Assembly: GCA_037447475.1 (NCBI GenBank)
Contig: JBBIGP010000008.1
Span: 143 to 64,142, forward strand
Source: Candidatus Aminicenantes bacterium
Lineage (GTDB): Bacteria > Acidobacteriota > Aminicenantia > Aminicenantales > Saccharicenantaceae
Direction of reading: 5' to 3'
DNA: 64,000 bases
Of this stretch, positions 46,530 through 55,515 are shown piece after piece. Each line of letters starts with the position of its first letter. Position 1 is the first letter of the stretch. A model generated the notes under the pieces. The model did not search any database. It was not told the origin of the DNA and saw only the letters and a program-made list of their open reading frames with translations. The translations under genes were made by a program, and so were the position numbers.

Positions 46530-47208
46530 CCTCCTCCGCGTCGCCCTGACCGGGGGGATCGCCTGCGGAAAGTCCGTCGTCGCCCGCGTTTTCGAAAGCA
46601 AGGGGTTCTACGTCCACTCCGCCGACGAGGCCGCGCGCGGCCTCGTCGCGCCCGGCCGCCCGGCCTGGAGGAAGATCGCCCGGCGCTTCGGGCCGGCCGT
46701 TCTTCGGCCCGACCGGACGATCGACCGGCCCCGGCTGGGAGCCGTCGTCTTCTCAGACCCGGAGGCCCGGCGGTTCTTGGACTCCCTCCTCCACCCCCTT
46801 GTCCTCGCCGAGAGGACCAAGGTCTGCCGGGAGGTCGAGCGGCGCGGGCATCATGCCGTCTTCGTGTCCGAGGCGGCGCTGACGATCGAGGCCGGCTACG
46901 CCCGGCACTTCGACCGGATCGTCGTCGTCCGCTGCGACGACGACGTCCGGCTCCGGCGGCTGATCGAACGGGACGGGATCGGAGAGGAAGAAGCCCTGCG
47001 GAAGATCCGCTCCCAGATGCCTCAGGCCGAGAAGGCCCGGTACGCCGACTACGTCATCGATACGTCGGGGTCTTTCGCCGAAACCGTCGAGGCGGCGGAA
47101 AGGACCGCCGCCCTCCTTCTCCAGGACGCCGCGCTCAAGAGGATGAGGATCGGCCGTCCGAGGTCTCGGACAAGAGGGCCTTCAGCTCCTGGCCGGGCCG
47201 GAACTTGA
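46483..47208 (+). CDS. coaE: dephospho-CoA kinase
   Basis: RVALTGGIACGKS (P-loop), ...DRPRLGAVVF...LLHPLV...FVSEAALTIEAG. The only canonical in-frame start before the P-loop is ATG 46483, which overlaps the upstream gene by 47 nt. Confidence 0.85.
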   Translation: MSSKSSPPARRPRKSSLLRVALTGGIACGKSVVARVFESKGFYVHSADEAARGLVAPGRPAWRKIARRFGPAVLRPDRTIDRPRLGAVVFSDPEARRFLDSLLHPLVLAERTKVCREVERRGHHAVFVSEAALTIEAGYARHFDRIVVVRCDDDVRLRRLIERDGIGEEEALRKIRSQMPQAEKARYADYVIDTSGSFAETVEAAERTAALLLQDAALKRMRIGRPRSRTRGPSAPGRAGT

Positions 47209-47437
47209 TGCGGTGTCCTTTCTCGATCCGGATCTGCTTCCCGCGCCGGATATCACGGCCGAAGCCGGTCTTCTTGGCCACGACCTTGAAGCTCCCGAAG
47301 CCGCGGATCTCGACCTTGTCCTTGTTGGCCAGGGCATCCTTCAAGGACCCGAGAACGGCTTCGACGATCAGCAGGGACCTGGCCCGGTTGAATTCCGATC
47401 TCTTCTCGATGGCCAGGGCGACATCGTTCTTGATCAT
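47135..47437 (-). CDS. HU/IHF-family DNA-binding protein
   Basis: ...VEIRGFGSFKVVAKKTGFGRDIRRGKQIRIEKGHRIKFRPGQELK shows the typical beta-arm with RNPxTG-like geometry. 100 aa. Confidence 0.85.
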   Translation of the reverse strand: MIKNDVALAIEKRSEFNRARSLLIVEAVLGSLKDALANKDKVEIRGFGSFKVVAKKTGFGRDIRRGKQIRIEKGHRIKFRPGQELKALLSETSDGRSSSS

Positions 47438-47524
47438 CGAAAAAACTCCTCGTCCCGGAAGGACGGGATATAATTAATTTATTGAAAATAAAAAGTCAAG
47501 AACAATTATCCGGGACGCGTTCGA

Positions 47525-47553
47525 TTGACTTGTCCGCCCCGAATTCCTATAAT
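47525..47553 (+). promoter_or_regulatory. consensus sigma70 promoter for nfeD-stomatin
   Basis: TTGACT (47525-47530), 17-nt spacer, TATAAT (47548-47553). ATG 47563 follows after only 9 nt. Confidence 0.6.
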
Positions 47554-47562
47554 GAGAGGGCC

Positions 47563-48837
47563 ATGCGTATCCCCAAGGTCCTCCTGTCCCTGCTCCTTCT
47601 GGCCTCGCCGGCCCCGGCCGCGATCCTGAAGATCACGGTCGACGCGCCCATCCACCCCATCACCTCCGAGTACGTCGTTCAGACGATCGAGCGGGCCGAC
47701 CGGGACGGGGCGGCCCTCGTCCTCGTCGTCCTCAACACGCCCGGGGGATTGGACACCTCGATGCGGGAAATCATCGAGAAGATCGCCAATGCCCGGACCC
47801 CCGTCGCCGCCTACGTCTCGCCGAGCGGCGCCCGGTCGGCCTCGGCCGGCTTCTTCATCGCCGTGGCCTGCGACATCTTCGCCATGGCCCCGGGGACGAA
47901 CACGGGCGCGGCCCACCCCGTCGGCGTGTCCGTCACCGGGCAGGCCATGGACAAGACCATGGAGGAGAAGGTCACCCACGACGCCGCGGCCTACATCAAG
48001 ACCCTGGCCGAGAAGCGGCGCCGGAACGCCCAAATGGCCGAGGACGCAGTCCGCAAGAGCCTGTCCTACACGGAGGAGGAGGCCCTCCAAGGAGGCCTCA
48101 TCGATCTCGTCGCGGTCACGGAGAGGGACATCATCGACCGGTTCGACGGCCGAACTATCCTGAGATTCGACGGGTCGGAGCTGAAGCTGGCCCTCGCAGG
48201 CGAGCCCTTCATCGAGCTGCCGATGACCGTTCGCCAGAAGTTCCTGCTGACCATCGCCAACCCGAACCTGGCCTATATCCTGCTCATGATCGGCCTGCTC
48301 GGCCTCTATTTCGAGTTCTCCAACCCGGGGGCCATCCTGCCGGGGGTCCTCGGGGGGCTGTCGCTGCTCCTGGCGGTCTTCGCCTTCCAGATCCTGCCCA
48401 TCAATTACGTGGGCCTGATGCTCATCCTCCTGGCCGTCATCCTGTTCATCCTCGAGGTCAAGGTGACGAGCTACGGAATGCTCTCGCTCGGAGGGATCAT
48501 CGCCATGATCATCGGATCGCTTATGCTCATCAGCTCGCCCATCCCGGAGCTGCGTCCGAGCCTCGGGTTCATCATTCCCGTCGTCCTCGGGTTCGCGCTG
48601 ATCGCTGTCTTCCTGGTCACCCTCGTCGTCCGGGCCCACGCCCGGCGCTCGTCGACGGGCCGGGAGGGGATGGCCGGGGAGAGAGGCACGGCCCGGACCG
48701 ACCTCTCCCCGTCCGGGAAGGTCTTCGTCCACGGCGAGATCTGGGACGCCGAGGCCGAAGGTCCGGTCCGGGCCGGCGAGAGCGTCGAGGTCCTCGACGT
48801 CCTCGGCGGATTGAAGCTCAAGGTCAGGAAGCTCTGA
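47563..48837 (+). CDS. NfeD-family membrane-bound ClpP-class serine protease
   Basis: Signal peptide [34 protein letters not shown] and [14 protein letters not shown] (ClpP-like Ser), then multiple TM helices and a C-terminal OB/NfeD domain ([13 protein letters not shown]). Confidence 0.85.
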   Translation: MRIPKVLLSLLLLASPAPAAILKITVDAPIHPITSEYVVQTIERADRDGAALVLVVLNTPGGLDTSMREIIEKIANARTPVAAYVSPSGARSASAGFFIAVACDIFAMAPGTNTGAAHPVGVSVTGQAMDKTMEEKVTHDAAAYIKTLAEKRRRNAQMAEDAVRKSLSYTEEEALQGGLIDLVAVTERDIIDRFDGRTILRFDGSELKLALAGEPFIELPMTVRQKFLLTIANPNLAYILLMIGLLGLYFEFSNPGAILPGVLGGLSLLLAVFAFQILPINYVGLMLILLAVILFILEVKVTSYGMLSLGGIIAMIIGSLMLISSPIPELRPSLGFIIPVVLGFALIAVFLVTLVVRAHARRSSTGREGMAGERGTARTDLSPSGKVFVHGEIWDAEAEGPVRAGESVEVLDVLGGLKLKVRKL

Positions 48838-48886
48838 CCGAACGAAAATATCCGGGAGGCCCCGCGGCCTCGACAAGGAGGGTTCC

Positions 48887-49645
48887 GTGATCACGTATCC
48901 CGTCATCATCATCGGCCTCGTCGTCTTGTACATCCTGAACTCCATCAAGGTCCTCAGGGAGTACGAGCGCGGCGTCATCTTCCGGCTGGGGCGCGTCCTC
49001 TCGCAGCCCAAGGGGCCGGGCATCATCCTCGTCTTCGCGCCCATCGACCGCATGGTCAAGATCAGCCTGCGGCTCATCACGATGGACGTCCCGCCCCAGG
49101 ACGTCATCACCAAGGACAACGTCTCGGTCAAGGTCAACGCCGTCCTCTATTTCCGGGTCATGGACCCCCTCAAGTCGGTCATCGAGGTCCAGGACTATCT
49201 CTACGCGACCTCCCAGCTGGCCCAGACGACGCTGCGCAGCGTCCTCGGCCAGGTCGATCTCGACGACCTCCTTTCCCAGCGGGAGAAGCTCAACGCCCAT
49301 CTCCAGGAGATCGTCGATAAACACACCGACCCCTGGGGCATCAAGGTCCAGCTCGTCGAGATGAAGCACGTCGATCTGCCCGAGAACATGGTCCGGGCCA
49401 TCGCCAAGCAGGCCGAGGCCGAGCGCGAGCGGCGGGCCAAGGTCATCCACGCCGACGGCGAGTTCGAGGCCGCCGACAAGCTCATCCAGGCCGCCGACAT
49501 CATCTCCCGCAACCCCCAGGCCCTGCAGCTCAGGTTCCTCGGCACCTTGGCGGAGATCGCCACCGAGAAGAACTCGACGATCATCTTCCCCCTGCCCATG
49601 GAGCTGCTCAAGGCCTTCGCGTTCGATAAGAGCCGGGAGAAGTAG
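48887..49645 (+). CDS. SPFH/band-7 (stomatin-like) protein
   Basis: GTG start with an [25 protein letters not shown]...[18 protein letters not shown]...[16 protein letters not shown]. Confidence 0.9.
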   Translation: MITYPVIIIGLVVLYILNSIKVLREYERGVIFRLGRVLSQPKGPGIILVFAPIDRMVKISLRLITMDVPPQDVITKDNVSVKVNAVLYFRVMDPLKSVIEVQDYLYATSQLAQTTLRSVLGQVDLDDLLSQREKLNAHLQEIVDKHTDPWGIKVQLVEMKHVDLPENMVRAIAKQAEAERERRAKVIHADGEFEAADKLIQAADIISRNPQALQLRFLGTLAEIATEKNSTIIFPLPMELLKAFAFDKSREK

Positions 49646-49653
49646 CGGCCGAC

Positions 49654-50238
49654 ATGAAGAACAAGGGCTTTCGGGAGATCCAGGTCTCGAGCTCCCTGCT
49701 GGCGGTCATCTTCCTCGGAGTCCTGGCCCTGGGGGTCTTCATCTTCCTGCTCGGGGTCAACGTCGGCAAGAATCAGGTCCAAATCGCGTCGCGGACCCAG
49801 GTCGTCTCCGAGCCTCTCGCCGAGATCGCCAAAGAGCCTGGCCCGGCGAGCCTCACCGGGGAAAAGGCGGCCGCCCCCGAGAAGGAATCGACGACGAGGA
49901 CCTCCGTCTCCGGAGCCCCGGGCGGGACGTCCGCTAAGACCCAGACTGCCCCGGCGACGGCCCCGTCCGGGGCCAAGACGGCGACCGCGCAGGGGAGCGG
50001 GCTCTACTATGTCCAAGTCGCAGCCTTCACCGAGAGGGCCCAGGCTGCTTCCCTCGCCGACAAGTACCGGAAGCTTGGCTACACGGTGGTCGTCACCGAC
50101 CCCCGGCCGAACGAGTCCCGGACATGGTACCGCGTCCGGCTGGGTGGGTACCCGTCCCGGGAAAGAGCGCTCGAGCTCCTCGACAAGCTCAACGAGGCGG
50201 AAAAAAGGAAGACTGACTACCGCGTCGTCCAGGATTAG
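49654..50238 (+). CDS. SPOR domain protein (membrane-anchored)
   Basis: N-terminal TM helix (LLAVIFLGVLALGVFIFLLGV), a low-complexity linker, and a C-terminal SPOR fold: YYVQVAAFTERAQAASLADKYRKLGY...WYRVRLGGYPSRERA. Confidence 0.75.
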   Translation: MKNKGFREIQVSSSLLAVIFLGVLALGVFIFLLGVNVGKNQVQIASRTQVVSEPLAEIAKEPGPASLTGEKAAAPEKESTTRTSVSGAPGGTSAKTQTAPATAPSGAKTATAQGSGLYYVQVAAFTERAQAASLADKYRKLGYTVVVTDPRPNESRTWYRVRLGGYPSRERALELLDKLNEAEKRKTDYRVVQD

Positions 50239-50289
50239 CACGGCCGCCCCGACCCGTGGATAGAGGCCGGCCCGGCCGCCGCCGGCGTA

Positions 50290-50318
50290 TTGACAAGAAG
50301 GGGTTCGTCCTCTATTCT
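50290..50318 (+). promoter_or_regulatory. candidate sigma70 promoter for prfB
   Basis: TTGACA (50290-50295), 17-nt spacer, TATTCT (50313-50318). Confidence 0.55.
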
Positions 50319-50355
50319 GGGCGGTGACAAAGACCTGACAAGGAAGAAACCCGAC

Positions 50356-51478
50356 ATGCCCGCCATCGAAAGCCCCTCCGAACTCAAAGCCCGCCTCGAC
50401 GGACTCTTCGAGAAGCTCGAAGAGGTCCGGGGCTTTCTTTGACCTCGATCGCAAGAAAGCCGAATGCGATGCCCTCAACGCCCGCCTGTCCTCCCCTGAG
50501 GTCTGGAAGGACCAGAAGACCTCGCAATCCCTCCAGCAGCAGAAGAAGAGGCTCGAAAAGGACCTCCAGTTCTCCAAGCTCCTGGGGGAGGCCAGGGAGG
50601 AGCTCGAGGTCCTCCGGGAGCTCGCGGCGGAGGGCGAGAGCGTCGAGACCGAGCTCGCGGCCTCGATCGACCGGCTCGAGAAGGGACTCGAGGAAGGCGA
50701 GCTCCGGGCCCTTTTCTATGACGAGGACGACCCCCGCAACGCCATCATGACCATCCACCCCGGGGCCGGGGGCACGGAATCCCAGGACTGGGCCCAGATG
50801 CTCCTCCGCATGTACCTCCGGTACGCCGAGCGCCGCGGCTTCAAGGCGGAAGTCCTCGACCAGCAGCCGGGAGAGGAGGCCGGGCTGAAGAGCGCGACCG
50901 TCCGGTTCGAGGGCGACTACGCGTTCGGCAACCTGAGCCAGGAGACGGGCGTCCACCGTCTCGTCCGGATCTCCCCCTTCGACGCCAACAAGAGGCGTCA
51001 TACCTCCTTCGCGGCCGTCTTCGTCTTCCCGGAGGTCGACGAGGACATCGAGATCGACGTCAACCCGGACGAGCTGCGGATCGACACCTACCGGGCCTCG
51101 GGGGCCGGCGGCCAGCACGTCAACCGGACGGACTCGGCCGTCCGCATCACCCACATCCCGACCGGGATCGTCGTCCAGTGCCAGAACGAGCGCTCCCAGC
51201 ACAAGAACAAGGCGGCGGCCATGAAGATCCTCCGGGCCCGGCTCTACGAGATCGAGAAGAAGAAGAGGAACGCGAAGCTGGAGAAGCTCGAGGACGCCAA
51301 GTCCGAGATCGCCTGGGGCAATCAGATCCGCTCCTACGTCCTCCATCCGTACCGGATGATCAAGGACCTGCGGACCCGGGTCGAGACCGGGGACACGGAC
51401 CGGGTCCTTGACGGCGACCTCGACGAGCTCATCAAGGCCGCCCTCATCTTCCGGAAGAAAGCCTCCCTCGCCGCTTGA
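50356..51478 (+). CDS. prfB: peptide chain release factor 2, requiring a +1 programmed ribosomal frameshift: join(50356..50439,50441..51478)
   Basis: Frame 0 encodes MPAIESPSELKARLDGLFEKLEEVRGFL and ends at the in-frame TGA 50440-50442, in the context GGGG-CTTT-CTT-TGA-C. The +1 frame continues DLDRKKAECDALNARLSSPEVW... through RISPFD (SPF) and SGAGGQHVN (GGQ). Confidence 0.93.
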
Positions 51479-51519
51479 TGTCGCCCCGCCAAAGGGGTAA
51501 GATGAAGGACCGAAAAACC

Positions 51520-51542
51520 CGCGCCCGGGACGCCCGGGCGCG
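51520..51542 (+). other. perfect 10-bp GC hairpin between prfB and the DUF1844 gene (possible terminator/attenuator or processing site)
   Basis: CGCGCCCGGG (51520-51529), loop ACG, CCCGGGCGCG (51533-51542). No U-tract follows. Confidence 0.4.
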
Positions 51543-51571
51543 ACGGACATCCCACCGGAAGGACACCGAAC

Positions 51572-51862
51572 ATGACCGGCAACGACGAAAAGGCCGAGGA
51601 ATTCCTCCCCCCGCTCGAGTTCAGCTCCATCGTCATTCTCCTCTATTTTCCGGCCCTCATCCAGCTCGGGCTCATGGACGACCCGGCGACCGGCGCGCCC
51701 CGGGAGAATCTGCCTTTGGCCAAGCGGAACATCGACCTCCTCGACCTCCTCAAGGACCGGACCAAGGGCAACCTCGACGAGCAGGAGCGGGAATTCCTCG
51801 AAGGGGTCGCCGGACAGCTCAAGACGGCCTACCTTCGCAAGGCCGACGTCCTGAAGATGTGA
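51572..51862 (+). CDS. DUF1844 domain protein
   Basis: 96 aa. FSSIVILLYFPALIQLG...NLPLAKRNIDLLDLLKDRTKGNLDEQEREFLEGV matches my recollection of the DUF1844 pattern. Confidence 0.65.
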   Translation: MTGNDEKAEEFLPPLEFSSIVILLYFPALIQLGLMDDPATGAPRENLPLAKRNIDLLDLLKDRTKGNLDEQEREFLEGVAGQLKTAYLRKADVLKM

Positions 51863-51866
51863 TCCC

Positions 51867-52799
51867 ATGATCGTCTACCACGGGCTCGACGACCCCGGGC
51901 TCCTCCCCCGCCCCGCCGCCGTCGCCGTCGGCAATTTCGACGGGCTCCATCTCGGACATCGCAGGATCCTGGCCCGCCTCTGCCGGGAAGCCGCGCAACG
52001 CGGCCTGCGCTCGCTCGTCCTGACCTTCGATCCCCATCCGGAACGGGCCCTCGGCCGGAAGTCGGTCCGGATGATCGATACGGTGGATCAGCGTTTGGAC
52101 CGCTTCGCGGGGACCTGCGTCGATGCCGTCGTCGTCACGAAGTTCGACGCGTCCTTCGCCGGCCTGGGCTGCCGGGACTTCGTCGAGACCGTCCTCAAGG
52201 GACGCCTGGGCGCCCGCGAGGTCGTCGTCGGACAGAACTTCCGCTTCGGGCGGGGCCGGCGCGGCGACGGGCCGCGGCTCCGGGCCCTCGGCCGGGAGGC
52301 CGGCTTCGGGGTGGCCATCGTCCCGCCCATGGTCGTGGGAGGCCGGGTGGTCAGCTCGAGCGCGGTCCGTTCGCTTCTCGGACGCGGCCTCGTCGAGGAC
52401 GCGGCCCGCCTGCTCGGCCGGCCCTACGAGATCGCCGGCCGGGTCGTCCCGGGACAACGCAGGGGCCGGGCCCTCGGCTTTCCCACGGTCAACATCCGGC
52501 CGGCCAGCGAGATCTTGCCCTTGGGGGTCTTCGTCTCGGAGGCCGTCTGGGAAGGCCGGGCCAGGCCGGCCGTGACGAGCATCGGCACGAACCCGACCTT
52601 CGGACCTGGCCCGCTCGCCGTCGAGACCCATCTGCTGACCGGTCCGCCCTCGCCCGAGGCCCCCGGCGTTTCGGTCCGGCTCCTCCGACGGATCCGGCCC
52701 GTCCGGAAATTCGCGGGCCCGTCGTCGCTGGCCGCACGGATCGGCCGCGACGTCGAAGAGGCCCGGGCCTATTTCGCCGCCCTCCCCGGCGGCGGTTGA
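51867..52799 (+). CDS. ribF: bifunctional riboflavin kinase/FMN adenylyltransferase
   Basis: AVGNFDGLHLGHRRIL, LTFDPHPE, and the C-terminal kinase part GRPYEIAGRVVPGQRRGRALGFPTVNI...GTNPTF. Confidence 0.9.
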   Translation: MIVYHGLDDPGLLPRPAAVAVGNFDGLHLGHRRILARLCREAAQRGLRSLVLTFDPHPERALGRKSVRMIDTVDQRLDRFAGTCVDAVVVTKFDASFAGLGCRDFVETVLKGRLGAREVVVGQNFRFGRGRRGDGPRLRALGREAGFGVAIVPPMVVGGRVVSSSAVRSLLGRGLVEDAARLLGRPYEIAGRVVPGQRRGRALGFPTVNIRPASEILPLGVFVSEAVWEGRARPAVTSIGTNPTFGPGPLAVETHLLTGPPSPEAPGVSVRLLRRIRPVRKFAGPSSLAARIGRDVEEARAYFAALPGGG

Positions 52800-52824
52800 C
52801 ATTTCGCCCCGGATAGGGCATGTT
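52796..52824 (+). promoter_or_regulatory. weak candidate promoter upstream of pyrR
   Basis: TTGACA (52796-52801, overlapping the ribF stop), 17-nt spacer, CATGTT (52819-52824). The -10 is poor. Confidence 0.3.
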
Positions 52825-52840
52825 CGAACAGGAGCGAACC

Positions 52841-53410
52841 ATGGACCAGAAGATCAAGGCCCGGATCATGGACTCGAACAAGATCCGGCGGGTCATCTCC
52901 CGGATGGCCACCGAGATCATCGAGCGCAACCGGAACCTCAAGAACCTCGTCATCGTCGGCGTCAAGTCGAGAGGCATCACGGTCGGCCAGCGCATCGCCC
53001 GGCTCATCGAGGACCTCGAAGGGGTTTCCGTCGCCGTCGGCATCCTCGACATCACCCGCTACCGGGACGACGTCCCCGCGCCCCGGGCCAAGGCGGCCCT
53101 GAAGCCGGCCGAGACCGGCTTCTCCGTGGCCAAGAAGGACGTCCTGCTCATCGACGACGTCCTGATGACCGGCCGGACGATCCGGGCGGCCATGGACGCG
53201 GTCATCGACAAGGGCCGGCCCCAATCCATCCAACTGGCCGTCCTCATCGACCGGGGCCACCGGGAGCTGCCCATCCGCCCCGATTACGTCGGCAAGGTCC
53301 TGCCGACCTCCCGGAGAGAGATGGTCCGGGTCCGTCTGAAGGAAACGGACGCGGCCGACGAGGTCCTGATCGTCGAGCCGGTCAAGCCGGGGCTGAGGAC
53401 GAAACGTTGA
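52841..53410 (+). CDS. pyrR: bifunctional pyrimidine operon regulator/uracil phosphoribosyltransferase PyrR
   Basis: An AGGAG SD precedes ATG 52841. IMDSNKIRRVISRMATEIIERN...VGVKSRGI...VLLIDDVLMTGRTIRAA (PRPP motif). Confidence 0.9.
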   Translation: MDQKIKARIMDSNKIRRVISRMATEIIERNRNLKNLVIVGVKSRGITVGQRIARLIEDLEGVSVAVGILDITRYRDDVPAPRAKAALKPAETGFSVAKKDVLLIDDVLMTGRTIRAAMDAVIDKGRPQSIQLAVLIDRGHRELPIRPDYVGKVLPTSRREMVRVRLKETDAADEVLIVEPVKPGLRTKR

Positions 53411-54711
53411 CCCTGCTCGTTCGCAAGGGGCTGGTCGTCGACCCGGGGTCGGGGGCCGGCGCCGTGCGGGACATCCTCGTCGACGGAGGCCGGATCGCGG
53501 ACGTCCGCCCGCGGATCGACGCCGCCGCGGACCGGACGATCGAGGCCGAGGGCCTGGTCGTCGTCCCGGGGCTCATCGACATGCACGTCCACCTGCGGGA
53601 GCCCGGCTTCGAAGCCAAGGAGACGATCGCCACGGGAACGCGGGCCGCGGCCCGGGGCGGCTTCACGACGGTCTGCGCGATGCCGAACACCGATCCCGTC
53701 AACGACCGGCGGGCCGTCACCGAGGCCGTTCTGGCCGAGGCCTCCCGCAGCGGCGCCGTCAACGTCCTTCCGATCGCGGCCGTGACCTTCGGCTCACGGG
53801 GCGAAGAGCTGGCCGACCTGGCCGACCTCCGGGCGGCCGGCGCCGTCGCCTTCTCCGACGACGGCCGGCCCGTCATGAACAGCCGGATCATGCGGCAGGC
53901 CCTCGCGGCCGCCGAAGGCGCCGGCGGACTCGTCATCGACCACTGCGAGGATGCCTCGCTGGCCGCCGGAGGCTGCCTCAACGAAGGACGCGTCTCCGCG
54001 CGCCTCGGGCTGGCCGGGATCCCCGCCGTGTCCGAGGAGATCATGATCGCCCGCGACATCATCCTGGCCGAGGCCCTCGGAGCGCGGGTCCACATCGCCC
54101 ACGTTTCGACGGCCGGGGGCCTCCGGCTGGTCCGCGAGGCCAAGGCCCGCGGCGTCCGCGTCTCCGCCGAGGCGACGCCGCACCATCTGCTCCTGACGGA
54201 CGCCGCGCTCGAGTCCCTCGACACGGACCATAAGATGAATCCGCCCCTGCGGACCCCGGCGGACGTGGACGCCCTCGTCGAAGGGATGCGGACGGGCGCG
54301 ATCGACGCCGTGGCCACCGACCACGCCCCCCACTCCGCCGAGGAGAAGGCCCGGGGGTTCGGCGTAGCCCCGTTCGGGGTCGTCGGCCTCGAGACGGCCG
54401 TGTCCCTGCTCCTCGACCGGTTCGTCCACCGGAAGGTCATTTCCCTGGCCCGTTTCGTCGAGCTCCTGTCGATCAACCCCGCCCGCCTGCTCGGACTTCC
54501 GGACAAGGGGCGGATCGCCGCCGGGGCCGACGGCGACCTGACCATCCTCGACCTGGACCGCGAGGTCAAGGTCGACAGGGACCGATTCGAGTCCAAGGGA
54601 CGGAACACCCCGTTCCACGGCTGGGAGCTCAAGGGGGCTGCGGTCGTGACCATCGTCGGGGGGCGGATCGCCTATCCGTTCGACTGCGACGACCGGGTCT
54701 TGCGGCCCTGA
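53407..54711 (+). CDS. pyrC: dihydroorotase
   Basis: TTG start overlapping the pyrR stop. PGLIDMHVHLREPG, ...CAMPNT..., ...HIAHVST..., ...ATDHAPH. Confidence 0.9.
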   Translation: MTLLVRKGLVVDPGSGAGAVRDILVDGGRIADVRPRIDAAADRTIEAEGLVVVPGLIDMHVHLREPGFEAKETIATGTRAAARGGFTTVCAMPNTDPVNDRRAVTEAVLAEASRSGAVNVLPIAAVTFGSRGEELADLADLRAAGAVAFSDDGRPVMNSRIMRQALAAAEGAGGLVIDHCEDASLAAGGCLNEGRVSARLGLAGIPAVSEEIMIARDIILAEALGARVHIAHVSTAGGLRLVREAKARGVRVSAEATPHHLLLTDAALESLDTDHKMNPPLRTPADVDALVEGMRTGAIDAVATDHAPHSAEEKARGFGVAPFGVVGLETAVSLLLDRFVHRKVISLARFVELLSINPARLLGLPDKGRIAAGADGDLTILDLDREVKVDRDRFESKGRNTPFHGWELKGAAVVTIVGGRIAYPFDCDDRVLRP

Positions 54712-54732
54712 ACCGGGGAGGCTAGGAGTATC

Positions 54733-55482
54733 GTGTCCGTCTGGAAGCCCGAACGGCTCGAGAAGGTCATCGGCTATGCCTTCGGGGACAAGTCCCTTCT
54801 CTCCCGGGCCCTGACCCACAGCTCCTATGCCTACGAGGAAAGCCCTTCGCGCCCCGAGGACAACGAGCTCCTGGAGTTCCTCGGCGATTCGGTCGTCGGC
54901 CTCGTCGCGGCCGAATACGCGTTCGGCGCCTTCCCCGGCCGCGACGAAGGCCGGCTCTCCAAGCTCAAGGCGTCGGCGACCAGCACGGCCGCCCTGGCCA
55001 GGCTGGCCCGCAAGATCAAGCTGGACAAGGCGATCCGCCTCGGCAAAGGGGAAGAGAAAAGCGGCGGACGGAAGAAGGACTCCATCCTGGCCGGTTCGCT
55101 GGAGGCCCTGGCTGGCGCCGTCTATCTCGACGGCGGCCTGGACGCCGCGCGCTCCGTTCTGGCCGGCCTCCTGGGATCTTCCATGGGGAGCCTGCGGGGA
55201 GGGCCTTTCGAGCTCAACAACTCGAAGTCGGCCCTGCAGGAATGGCTCCAGGGCTCCGGCCTGCCGTCGCCGACATACCGGCTGCTCTCGGAATCCGGAC
55301 CGGCCCACGACCGGACCTTCGTCGTCGAGGTCGCCGTCGGGGACGAGATCCTGGCCATGGCCAAAGGCCCGTCCAAGAAGGCCGCCGAGCAGAAAGCGGC
55401 CGAGAAGGTCCTTAAATCCCGCTACGGACGGAAGATCAAGAAGCTCTCCCCCGGGTCCTATCTGATCAGATCCGAAGACTGA
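54733..55482 (+). CDS. rnc: ribonuclease III
   Basis: GTG start. NELLEFLGDSVVGLVAAEY (signature), ...SILAGSLEALAGAVYLD, and the C-terminal dsRBD (KSALQEWLQ...GPAHDRTFVVEV...GPSKKAAEQKAAEK). Confidence 0.93.
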   Translation: MSVWKPERLEKVIGYAFGDKSLLSRALTHSSYAYEESPSRPEDNELLEFLGDSVVGLVAAEYAFGAFPGRDEGRLSKLKASATSTAALARLARKIKLDKAIRLGKGEEKSGGRKKDSILAGSLEALAGAVYLDGGLDAARSVLAGLLGSSMGSLRGGPFELNNSKSALQEWLQGSGLPSPTYRLLSESGPAHDRTFVVEVAVGDEILAMAKGPSKKAAEQKAAEKVLKSRYGRKIKKLSPGSYLIRSED

Positions 55483-55515
55483 CGCCCCCCCGGGGCCCGG
55501 GCGTCCGGCCGTTCC

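Noticed and set aside
47482-47562. Upstream TTG start for the nfeD ORF
   Set aside because: It would place 27 residues ahead of a clear signal peptide and would run through a perfect TTGACT-N17-TATAAT promoter.
47506-49137. 543-aa minus-strand ORF (likewise 50384..51868, 53794..55308 and 49201..50577)
   Set aside because: They are antisense to nfeD/stomatin, prfB, pyrC/rnc and the SPOR gene respectively. All are Arg/Gly/Asp/Pro-rich with no motifs.
55483-55515. GC-rich palindromes (CCCCGGGG, GCCCGGGC) between convergent rnc and the AI-2E transporter gene as a terminator
   Set aside because: Only short (4-5 bp) self-complementary blocks are present, with no clear stem-loop plus U-tract. I cannot distinguish this from GC-rich background by eye.
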